DNA of 64,000 bases from Chloroflexota bacterium (lineage in GTDB: Bacteria; Chloroflexota; UBA11872). Below, one piece after another: positions 18,487 through 27,457 of the stretch. The stretch lies in the NCBI GenBank assembly GCA_028873795.1, contig JAPPNP010000054.1, forward strand, positions 17,099 to 81,098, given 5' to 3'. Both the position numbers and the translations under genes were made by a program. The stretch's first letter is position 1. Each line of letters opens with the position of its first letter. A model generated the notes under the pieces. It worked only from the letters and a program-made list of their open reading frames with translations. It did not search any database and had not been told where the DNA came from.

Positions 18487-19494
18487 TCAGCGGTACTCGT
18501 GCGGACCCCACGGGGCGTTGTAGTAAGTGGCTATGGCTCGTCCTGGCGGCGCCACCGCGTCCAGCCGCTCGCGATCGTCGGTGGTGACCTCAACGCTGAT
18601 CGCGCCCAGGTTCTCCGCCCACTGCTCCGGGGTGCGTGGACCCACGATGGGGCTCGTGATCCCCGGCTGCCGCATGTTCCATGCCAGGGCCAGCTGGCCG
18701 GGCGTGCAGCCCTTGTCGTCGGCGATGGCCGTCAGCTCGTCCACCACGGCAAACGCCGGATCGGTGAAGAGGCCACGCTGGCGCTGAGTCTCGACGCTGC
18801 GCTCGTAGCGCGATCCGGACGGCGGCGACGCGCCGCGGGCATACCGGCCCGTCAGGAATCCGCCCGCCAGGGGCGCCCAGGGAATAATCCCGATGCCGAA
18901 GTTCAGCGCCATCGGCACCAGCTCTCGCTCGATGCGCCGGTCGAGCAGGTGATACGGCGGCTGGTCGCAGATCGTGCGATTGAGTCCCAACTCGCGTGAG
19001 ATCCACAGCGACTCCACCACTTGCCAGGCCGGGTACGTGCTCGTGCCGACGTAGCGCACCTTGCCGGCGCGAATCAGGTCGTCGAGCGCGCGCAGCGTCT
19101 CGTCCAGCGGCACGTCCGTCACGGGCCGATGCACCTGGTAGAGGTCGATGTAGTCGGTTTGCAGGCGGCGCAGAGAGGCCTCGCACTGCTCGATGATGTG
19201 GCGGCGGCTGTTCCCCTGCGCGTTTGGGTCGTCGTCGTCCATGGGAAAGTGGACCTTGGTGGCCAGCACCAGGCGCGAGCGTCGGCCCGACCCGCCGAGC
19301 GCCTTCCCGACCATGGTCTCGCTGGTGCCGCGGCCGTAGGAGTTGGCCGTGTCCATGAAGTTGACGCCGGCATCGAGCGCGCGGTCGATGATGGCCTGCG
19401 TCTGGTCTTGATCGGTCACCTGGCCGAAGTTCCAGCAGCCCAGACACAGCGGGCTGACCCTGACCCCCGTGCGACCGAGATTGCGGTACTCCAT
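18487..19494 (-). CDS. Aldo/keto reductase
   Basis: DTANSY, LATK, SLRRLQTDYIDLYQVH and PLAGG motifs. Confidence 0.95.
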   Translation of the reverse strand: MEYRNLGRTGVRVSPLCLGCWNFGQVTDQDQTQAIIDRALDAGVNFMDTANSYGRGTSETMVGKALGGSGRRSRLVLATKVHFPMDDDDPNAQGNSRRHIIEQCEASLRRLQTDYIDLYQVHRPVTDVPLDETLRALDDLIRAGKVRYVGTSTYPAWQVVESLWISRELGLNRTICDQPPYHLLDRRIERELVPMALNFGIGIIPWAPLAGGFLTGRYARGASPPSGSRYERSVETQRQRGLFTDPAFAVVDELTAIADDKGCTPGQLALAWNMRQPGITSPIVGPRTPEQWAENLGAISVEVTTDDRERLDAVAPPGRAIATYYNAPWGPHEYR

Positions 19495-19797
19495 GGCCCA
19501 GTCTCCCCGTGCGCGCCGTTGCCGCTAGGGCGAGTGTGTCACGCCGTCCGGCGACGCGCAGGCTGACGCACCCTGGGCGACGTCCGGGCTGGCCGCCGGA
19601 ACAATCGGCGAATTGCCGTCTGCTTCAGGTGTAGTCGCCGGGATCGGCCACGACCAGACCTGGTCCTTGGGGATGGGCTTCCACGACGTTGGCCGCAAGG
19701 TGGCGGCCTTTCGGGACGTCCGCCTCTTCGAGCCGGCGAGCACCGGTGGTCTTTACGCCGCGGGCGCCCGCGGCTGATAATCCAGCGTCAGCGCGGG

Positions 19798-20925
19798 ATG
19801 CTTCTCAAGCAAGGACAAGATCCGATGCCGACGCCTTCTCCGAACGTGCCGCAAGTTGCGCCCTTGACGGCCAGTCAGATCGCCCAATTCAAGCGCGACG
19901 GCGTTCTCGTGCTTCCGGCGGTGCTCGACCCCGAGCTTTGCCGCCGCGCCCGGGACGACATGTGGGAGACGATTGCGGCGGACCTGCCCCGCATGAAGCG
20001 AGACGATCCCTCGACGTGGGGTCCGATCACTGAAGAGGAAACCGCCGGCTTCAGCACCCGGCGTCCCGCCGACGGCGGCGAGCCGCTCTTGAGCGGCAAG
20101 GGCTACCGGTTGACTATTCGCAATGGGTCTGAAGATCTCGCGCTCGACCTTGGTCCGCGGGCGGCGTGGCAGGTCGCCGAGCAACTGCTCGGGAAGGACA
20201 CGGTGGTATGGCCCGCCGGTCAGGACCAGTCGGGGTTTGCGACGGGCCCCTGCTTTATGGACGACGGCGCCATGGAGAGCCTTGCGAGTCACCTGGGCCG
20301 GCAGATCGAGAATTATCGGGAAGCCGCGAGTTACACGACGGAGGACTTGCGGGTGCCCAAGACCGGACCGGTGTGGATGAACGGACAAGGGACACGCGGC
20401 CTGTATTGCACGCTGCCGAACAGCCCCTCGCCAGGGCCGAACTGGCGCGGCTCCCATTCCGACGGCCCGTGCTACGGCAGGACACGCCTACAGTTCGCCG
20501 CCTACATCGACGACCTTCCGCCCGCCTCCGGCGGCTTCACCGTGTGGCCGGGCAGCCACACGCGGATTTGGGAGCAGCAGTGGAAGGCCTTTCATGAGCA
20601 CGGGACGACGCACACGGGCCAGCGCGAGCAGATGCGCATGGCGGGGGGCTATGACGCGCTTCCAGACCCGCTCTTCGAACAGATCAAGGCCGATACCCAG
20701 CCCTTCGAGACGCATGGGCCGGCTGGCACCTTGGTCTTGTGGCACACGAAGATTCTGCACATCCCCGGACAGAATCAATCCAGCGACGTCATCCGCCAGG
20801 CCACGATCTACGGCTATCTCAAAACGCTAGAGTCGCTCTCCGATGCGCTGGCGATGGACGATGACGGCGGCGGCATCTGGCGCGACTGGTCCGATGAGGT
20901 GCGCGCGATCGACGAGCGAAGCTAG
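19798..20925 (+). CDS. PhyH-family Fe(II)/2OG dioxygenase
   Basis: QFKRDG, HSD, GGFTVWPGSH and LWHTKILH motifs. Confidence 0.82.
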   Translation: MLLKQGQDPMPTPSPNVPQVAPLTASQIAQFKRDGVLVLPAVLDPELCRRARDDMWETIAADLPRMKRDDPSTWGPITEEETAGFSTRRPADGGEPLLSGKGYRLTIRNGSEDLALDLGPRAAWQVAEQLLGKDTVVWPAGQDQSGFATGPCFMDDGAMESLASHLGRQIENYREAASYTTEDLRVPKTGPVWMNGQGTRGLYCTLPNSPSPGPNWRGSHSDGPCYGRTRLQFAAYIDDLPPASGGFTVWPGSHTRIWEQQWKAFHEHGTTHTGQREQMRMAGGYDALPDPLFEQIKADTQPFETHGPAGTLVLWHTKILHIPGQNQSSDVIRQATIYGYLKTLESLSDALAMDDDGGGIWRDWSDEVRAIDERS

Positions 20926-21173
20926 ACGGGGAGAGAACGCTCGCGGAGAAGAAAGGCCGCCTAGCACGCCCTGGATAACGGCCTTGCGGTGCGCCAGGCC
21001 GGTGGCCTGACATCCTGGCCGCCGCGGGGGCTGGATTGAGCTGTCGCCATGCCCGGGTAGGAGTCGCCGTGGGGCAATGAGTGGCGCCCATGGCGGGTGA
21101 TCGCTCCCGTGGTGCCGAGCGCTACCCCGAACCGCGTAAAGTGGACCCCACTCGTTGCCGGCGGAGTCGCCAC

Positions 21174-22265
21174 ATGGCAATCACCAAGCCCAACGGCCGG
21201 CGCGAGGCGCTCGGCCGGGGCTCCTATACGTTCCCTGGTCTCACCGTGCAGGTCGAGCGCACGGAGACTCTGATTCCCGTGCATGAGAATCAGTGCCCCT
21301 GCGGCTTCCTCTTTCAGCTGGCCAATGGTGAGTTGGTGGTGGGCGGGCCACGCACCGTCGAGCCCGAGCTCACCTGGCGCCGGTCGCGTGACGGCGGCGA
21401 GACGTGGTACGCCGCGCCCGCCTGGCCCAGCTTCTACGTGCACCAGTTCGACGACGGCGAGCTGCTGCACGTGGGAACGCCCGGCGAACCGTGGCTGACG
21501 CGCGGCGACGCGCCGGGCGCCTATCGCTTTTCGATCCATCGCTCACACGACAACGGCCAGACGCATGCCCCGGAATCGGCGCTGATCTCGGGTGTTCCCG
21601 AGCTGGCGGTGGAAGACAGCGAGAAATGGGGGCGGCACGTCTGGGCGTATGTGGATCACGGCCTAGTCGCGCTCCGCGACGGGAGCCTCCTGGCCACCGT
21701 GCTCGGGAAGTTCGCCGGCGACGTCAAGCATCGGGTGTTCGTCATTCGCTCGGACGATCGCGGAGCAACCTGGCGATTTCGCGCGAGCGTGGCCTTTGAC
21801 CTCAACCCGACCCACACGCACCACATCGAGGGATTCACCGAGCCCGACTTGCTGGCGCTGCCGAACGGCGACCTGCTGTGTTTCATGCGCACCGGTGGGC
21901 GATACGAGGGGCGGCACACCGCGCTCGCCATGAGCCGGTCCGCCGACGACGGTCACTCGTGGAGCGCTCCGGAACCCGTCGCCGACCGCGGCGTCTTGCC
22001 CAAGGCCTGCCGCATGACGAACGGCGTGCTCGCCGTGATCTATGGCAGACCTGGCGACTGGCTCGCCTTCAGCCGCGACGACGGCCACACCTGGATGGGG
22101 CACACCTGTCTCAACCTGGGCACCCAGGCCTGGGACTGCGGCAACTACGATTGGGTGATCGAGGTGGCGCCCGACACGCTGCTGGCCGCCTATGCCGAGA
22201 CGGACCGAAACGACCCGCGTCGCAGCGCCATTCTCGGAACCTGGATAACCGTGAAGCCGACCTAA
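21174..22265 (+). CDS. BNR/Asp-box sialidase-like beta-propeller
   Basis: Asp boxes SRDGGETW, SDDRGATW, SADDGHSW and SRDDGHTW; FTEP and MRTG motifs. Confidence 0.85.
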   Translation: MAITKPNGRREALGRGSYTFPGLTVQVERTETLIPVHENQCPCGFLFQLANGELVVGGPRTVEPELTWRRSRDGGETWYAAPAWPSFYVHQFDDGELLHVGTPGEPWLTRGDAPGAYRFSIHRSHDNGQTHAPESALISGVPELAVEDSEKWGRHVWAYVDHGLVALRDGSLLATVLGKFAGDVKHRVFVIRSDDRGATWRFRASVAFDLNPTHTHHIEGFTEPDLLALPNGDLLCFMRTGGRYEGRHTALAMSRSADDGHSWSAPEPVADRGVLPKACRMTNGVLAVIYGRPGDWLAFSRDDGHTWMGHTCLNLGTQAWDCGNYDWVIEVAPDTLLAAYAETDRNDPRRSAILGTWITVKPT

Positions 22266-22312
22266 CCGGTTCTGGTCAGCGGCCCGAGTGGGGTTGAAAT
22301 CCCCTCGGCTGG

Positions 22313-22915
22313 CTAGCGGGCGACGCCGTGGCGATGGGCCGGATCGATCACCCGCCGCACGCGGGCGGGGAACAGGCTCACGATGCGCGGCGCCATGTGG
22401 CGCATGCGCCTGGCGATGTGGCGACGCAGATAGATCATGCTGACGACCATGGCGAGCAGCGAGCCGAGCGCGGCCATGGCGCCCAGAGCGCCGCCAAACA
22501 TCAGGCCCGCCAGAGCGCCGTTGGCGGCGCCAAGCGGCACCACATCGACTCGGGTATAGAACGACTTGAAGCCAAAGCCCCAGTCCACGCCCCAACCTTG
22601 GGAAACGTCCATGCCGGCGACCATGCCGGCGGTCGCGGCCACCGCTAGGCCGACGCCGAGCGCCCAGGTCACCCCGGCCACGTTCTTGAACAGCAGGCCC
22701 CAGACGAGGCCGAAGCCGATGAAGCTGAAGACTGGGATGTGCACGGTCATGTTGAGGTTGTAGAGATCGCCCTCGTCAATGACTTGGGGGGCGGTGAATA
22801 CCAGCGGCATCCAGATCGCGGCGATGATCGCCCCGATGACCAACCCGACCTTGAATCCGCCCCATCCGCGCAGCCAGTCGGTGACGGTCTTGTTTTCGGC
22901 GAGGTCGTAGAGCAC
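22313..22915 (-). CDS. Membrane protein of unknown function (paralog B)
   Basis: About 4 TM segments; shares YDLAENK..TDWLRG.GGFKVGL with 23035-23634. Confidence 0.8.
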   Translation of the reverse strand: MLYDLAENKTVTDWLRGWGGFKVGLVIGAIIAAIWMPLVFTAPQVIDEGDLYNLNMTVHIPVFSFIGFGLVWGLLFKNVAGVTWALGVGLAVAATAGMVAGMDVSQGWGVDWGFGFKSFYTRVDVVPLGAANGALAGLMFGGALGAMAALGSLLAMVVSMIYLRRHIARRMRHMAPRIVSLFPARVRRVIDPAHRHGVAR

Positions 22916-23034
22916 CGTCGGTGCTTTCCTATGGTCCGACGCGTGCGAGCACGGCGTTCGCGCCGACCGTGTGCGGGCGATGCATCAGCCACGCACTCAA
23001 CATCTGGGTGTCGGCAACCGTGAAGTGAGGACGA

Positions 23035-23634
23035 CTAGCTGTCGCTGCCGAAACGGTAGGCCGGATCGATCACCTGCCGAACCCGCACGGGGAACCGGGC
23101 CACGAGGCCGGGTGCCACGCCGCGCATGCGCTTGGCGACGATGCGGCGAATAAACAAAGTGATGGCGATCGCGGCGCCAAACGCTAGGAGGATGGTGGTG
23201 GCTGCCACGGCGCCGAGATGGATGAGCCCCTTGACCGCACCGACGGCAAACCCCTGTGGCTCGACGTCGATGGGGTTATAGAACGTCTTTACGCCGAATT
23301 CCCAGTCCAGGGACCAGCCCAGGCCGGCGGCCAGTCCTTCGGACATGCCGGCGCCGACGCCCATGACCAGGCCGAAGCCAAGCAGCCAGGCAACTCCAGC
23401 GGCCAGGCGGAATAAGAGACCCCAAATGACGCCGGCGGCGAGAATGGCGGCGATGGGAACCGGTATGGCCATCGAGAACCCATAAAACTCGCCCACGTAG
23501 AACAGCGGCGAGGCATATGAAATCGCCAGGTAGATGATCGAGACGAAGGCACCGATGTAGAGCCCAACCTTGAACCCTCCACGGCCGCGCAGCCAGTCGG
23601 TGAGCATCTTGTTCTCGGCAAGGTCGTAGGGCAC
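23035..23634 (-). CDS. Membrane protein of unknown function (paralog A)
   Basis: GTG start after GAGGTG; colinear with the downstream paralog. Confidence 0.8.
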   Translation of the reverse strand: MPYDLAENKMLTDWLRGRGGFKVGLYIGAFVSIIYLAISYASPLFYVGEFYGFSMAIPVPIAAILAAGVIWGLLFRLAAGVAWLLGFGLVMGVGAGMSEGLAAGLGWSLDWEFGVKTFYNPIDVEPQGFAVGAVKGLIHLGAVAATTILLAFGAAIAITLFIRRIVAKRMRGVAPGLVARFPVRVRQVIDPAYRFGSDS

Positions 23635-23801
23635 TGGCGCACACCTCACACTCTGAGCCGACGGACGGGCATCGGCGCCGAAACCTAGCCGCTATCGTGC
23701 CACGTCAGGCAGGGGCGCTGCGATTCCCGCGCCATAACGCACGCCTGCGGCCGCTGTGCGATCTTCAGTCCGCGCTGCCGGCTGCCGAGGGAAAAAGGCC
23801 C

Positions 23802-25025
23802 ATGCCGCTGTTTGGAGAGCTCAAGCGTCCGGCGGATGCGGGCGAAATCCGATCGCTGACCTTTGACGAAACCGAGTTTCAGCGGCGGCATGCGGCGCTG
23901 CGGACCGCCATGGCGGAAGAGGGCCTGGACGCGCTTGTGTGCACTTTCGCGCCCAGCGTCTGCTATGTCAGCGGCTACGAGACGCTGGCGTCGTTCGTGC
24001 CGGCGTTCCTCATCGTCGGAATCGACCGCGAGCCCACGCTGCTGGTGGACGACTTCGAGGCCTTCAACGCCATGGTCTCGAGTTGGGTCGAGGACGTGGT
24101 CACCTATCCGTGGTCGGAGGACCCCGCCGGTGCGCTGGTCGAAGTCTTGCGCAATCGCGGTTGGGCCAACGCGCGGCTCGGCTGGGAGCACCATCAGCAC
24201 GGCGGGGCGCACCAGAGCTATCTGCACGCGGCGGAGTCGGTGGGCGGCTCGTGGAGCTACGTCCACTGGCTGGTGGACGGGGTGCGGGCACGGAAGAGCG
24301 CCGCCGAGATTGCGGCCATTCGGTCTGCCGGGGCGATCACGCCGCGCGGATTCGACGCCGCCAGGGCTGAGCTGCGCCCCGACGCGCCGGATACGGCCGT
24401 CGCGGCGGCGGCCTACCAGGCGCTGGTGGGCGCGGGCAGCGAGCGCATGTCGATTCAGCCCATCATCACCGCCGGCCGAAACTCCGGCATTCCGCACACC
24501 ACGTTTGGGCGTTCGCGGCTCACGCCCGGCCATCCGGTGATTCTGGAGTGGGGCGCCTGCGTCAAGCGCTACACCGCGCCCATGATCCGCACCGTCGTGA
24601 TCGGCGAGTTGGCCGATCCGGTGTGGGACGCGATGTACGCGGCCTGCGTCGCGGCGGTGGAACGGACGATCGCCGGCATGCGGCCCGGCGTGTCCACGCT
24701 GGAGCTAGGCGAGCACGCCACCGAGCCGCTGGCCGAGCTGCCGTCGCGCGTGTTCAGGGACGGAAATCGCGGGTATTCGGTGGGCTTGAGCTTCGAGCCG
24801 GACTGGATGGACGTGCCCGGCTTGCAGATTTGTCCCCGCAGCGGCCGAACCGAGCGATCAGTGGCCACCTACCCGACGCTCGAGGAGGGCCACGTGTTTC
24901 ACGTGCGGGCGGTGACGCGCGACGTGGGCCGTGCGGGCGTGGGCGTAAGCGAAACGGTGGCCGTCACCGCCGACGGCTGCGAGGTGCTCACCGACTACTC
25001 GCGCCACCCGATTGGCCTCAGCTAG
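23802..25025 (+). CDS. M24-fold hydrolase, creatinase/DoeA-like
   Basis: KSAAEI, ILEWGACVKRYTAPMIRT, GYSVG and VSETV motifs. Confidence 0.85.
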   Translation: MPLFGELKRPADAGEIRSLTFDETEFQRRHAALRTAMAEEGLDALVCTFAPSVCYVSGYETLASFVPAFLIVGIDREPTLLVDDFEAFNAMVSSWVEDVVTYPWSEDPAGALVEVLRNRGWANARLGWEHHQHGGAHQSYLHAAESVGGSWSYVHWLVDGVRARKSAAEIAAIRSAGAITPRGFDAARAELRPDAPDTAVAAAAYQALVGAGSERMSIQPIITAGRNSGIPHTTFGRSRLTPGHPVILEWGACVKRYTAPMIRTVVIGELADPVWDAMYAACVAAVERTIAGMRPGVSTLELGEHATEPLAELPSRVFRDGNRGYSVGLSFEPDWMDVPGLQICPRSGRTERSVATYPTLEEGHVFHVRAVTRDVGRAGVGVSETVAVTADGCEVLTDYSRHPIGLS

Positions 25026-25082
25026 CGAGGGGGTGTCCGTGCGCTATGTTGCCGCTTGGCGGGCGATTGAAGTCCAGGACTA

Positions 25083-26147
25083 GTGAGCGCAATGGACACA
25101 GCACGGATCGGGGTCGTCGGCACTGGATGGTGGGCCACCGAGGCGCACATTCCGGGGCTCATCGAGCATCCGCTGGCCGAGGTTCCGGCGCTTTGCGATC
25201 TGGACGCGGCACGCGCGGCGCGGGCGGCCGAGCACTACGGCGTAGCCTCGGTCTACGACGACCTCGACCGCATGCTGGCGCGGGAATCCCTGGACGGCGT
25301 GGTCATTGCCAGCAGCAACGCCACGCATTTCGAGCTGGCGCGCCGGGCCATCGATGCGGGTCTGCACGTGCTGATCGAGAAGCCAATGACGGAAACCGCG
25401 CCCGAGGGCCGGGTGCTGCTGGAGGCCGCCGAGCGCGCCGGCACCGAAATTGTCGTCGGCCACACGTTTCATTACACGCGCCTGGCGCGGCGCGCCCGCG
25501 AGTTGATCACCGGCGGAGCGATCGGCGAGGTCGAATTGGTCCATAGCCTTTTCGCCAGCTCCGCCATCCAGCTCGTGCGGCAGCCGGACGTGTTCGAGGG
25601 CTGGGCCTTTCCGGTGCACGGCCCGACCGGACAAAACTTCAGCGCCCACGGGCAGGGGCAAAATCAGCTCACGCATTCGGCGGCGCTGGCGGCCTTCGTG
25701 ATTGACGACGGTCCCGAGTCGGTCCACGGGTATATGTCGAATCTCGAAGTGCCCGTCGACGCGGTGGACGTGCTGAGCGTGCGCTTCACCCGCGGCGCGT
25801 TGGGCACGCTGGCCAGCGTCGGGACCAAGCCCAACGACGACACCCCCCACAACGAGCTGCGCATCTTTGGCTCCAAGGGCTGGATGGAGATTGACATGGA
25901 GCGGGCGCCGCTGCTGACGCTGCACCGCTACGACGGCGGCGACGAGCAGCTGCGCGAGGACGACCCCTCGATGCACTACCCGCTGCGGGCGCCGGCCCGG
26001 AATCTGGCCGACGTGGCGCTCGGCCGCGCGCCGAACCTGTCGCCCGGATCGATCGCCCAGTGGTCGGTGGAGATCGTCGACGCGGCCTATCGCTCGGCGG
26101 CCAGCGGCGGGCCCGTGACTATCGCGGAGCTCTATCGAACGGCGTAG
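25083..26147 (+). CDS. Gfo/Idh/MocA family oxidoreductase
   Basis: GTGWWA, IEKP and NQLTH motifs. Confidence 0.9.
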   Translation: MSAMDTARIGVVGTGWWATEAHIPGLIEHPLAEVPALCDLDAARAARAAEHYGVASVYDDLDRMLARESLDGVVIASSNATHFELARRAIDAGLHVLIEKPMTETAPEGRVLLEAAERAGTEIVVGHTFHYTRLARRARELITGGAIGEVELVHSLFASSAIQLVRQPDVFEGWAFPVHGPTGQNFSAHGQGQNQLTHSAALAAFVIDDGPESVHGYMSNLEVPVDAVDVLSVRFTRGALGTLASVGTKPNDDTPHNELRIFGSKGWMEIDMERAPLLTLHRYDGGDEQLREDDPSMHYPLRAPARNLADVALGRAPNLSPGSIAQWSVEIVDAAYRSAASGGPVTIAELYRTA

Positions 26148-26370
26148 TATGCGTTACGCCGTCCCGGTTTGGAATCCCGAATGTTGCCGTCTTGTCTCTC
26201 CGAACGAATGTTAGGAATCTAAGGGCGTTGCGCGTTCTTCCCACTCTTGGATTCCCCGCCTACCGCTTATTTCGGTCTCAAAGTTAAGCGCCGAACATGC
26301 CAAGAGACTCCCGCTCCCTCGGTGTGAGATTCCTCGCGCCGCACCCCCAGTGCGGCGATCTGAGGCGCAA

Positions 26371-27402
26371 CTAGCTCCCGATGAACGCTGATTCCGGGTA
26401 GAAGTCTCGCCAGGCCCAGTCGAACGAGGATGTCCACGGCACTGGGCTAAGGGCTTGGCCCGCCAGCGGGCCGCTGAGCGCCAGACCGTTGACCGCGCTC
26501 CAGACTGTGCCCGTCTCGTGATCGCGCAGGGTGTCGTCGCCCGCTGGGTCGAAGTTCAGCACGCGGTTCGCCACTCGACGCAAGTAGGCCCGCACGGTGC
26601 CTGTGGCCTCATCGACCCAGACCAGCACGGGCTCATCGCCGACCGTCAGCTGCACCAATCCCGCGACCCGCGCGTGGCCGAATTCGACCGCCGCGGCCGC
26701 GTCCCCCAGGGCGAGGCCGACTACCCAGTTCTCGCGAGGCGTCGCCAGGACGAGGCGCGGACCGCTCAGGCCGTTGGCCAGCACCCGCGCGTCGGGATGG
26801 CGCGCGCGGAACCCGGCCCAGGTGTCAAGGGTCGAAGGAATTTGCGTGAGGGTCGCACCTCGAAGCTCGCCGACCAGGGCCCGGCCAATCGGCTGGCTCC
26901 AGATGCTGCCCGTCGAATGGTCGAACCACGTCATGGCGGTCTTGTACAGCGCGCCCTGATTGCCAAAGACCAGCGACTGGCCCTCGAATCGCCGGTCGTG
27001 CACGAGACCGGTGTAGCAAAGCGGTCACCAGGTGACGAGCACCGGCGTGCCGCCGACGACGTCGTTGACCATCTCGCGCCGGTTGAGCGTGGTGACCGGA
27101 TAGGCGCGGGCCTCACCGCCGATCACGAGTCCGATGACCAGCTCATCCGGCTGCAGCGGCGCATCGACGGCGGCAACGAACTGCGGCGCGTAGATGGGCG
27201 GGATGGCGTCGCGGCTGAGGCGCTGGTCGTAGGCCGAATCGAACATCATCCGCTCGTGCGGATCGGGGAGGTCCTGCGGCGGCCGTGCGACTCGCGAAGC
27301 CTCCGGCGAGCCGCGAATCGCCCACACCAGGGCCAGCGCACCCACTGCTGCCAGGGTCAGCCCGACTGCGACCACTGCCGCGATTCCTAGTCGACGCCGC
27401 AT
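26371..27402 (-). CDS. DUF3179-family selenoprotein (UxxC), read through the TGA at 27025-27027
   Basis: ORFs 27025-27402 and 26371-27003 are in the same frame. The join reads VTW-TGA-PLCYTG, matching the family T(Y/W)CPLC motif. DAIPPI, GEARAYP and TGSIWSQ motifs present. Confidence 0.85.
26992..27011 (-). promoter_or_regulatory. Candidate bacterial SECIS hairpin
   Basis: mRNA CCGGUC-UCGUGCAC-GACCGG stem-loop starting 13 nt after the UGA. Confidence 0.55.
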
Positions 27403-27457
27403 GCCGTTTCAAGCCGATGCCCGCCGACGCACACGCGGCGGGCGATGGGACCGAGGC

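Noticed and set aside
19525-19743. 72-aa minus-strand ORF
   Set aside because: No RBS or recognisable family, and low-complexity composition; cannot be supported.
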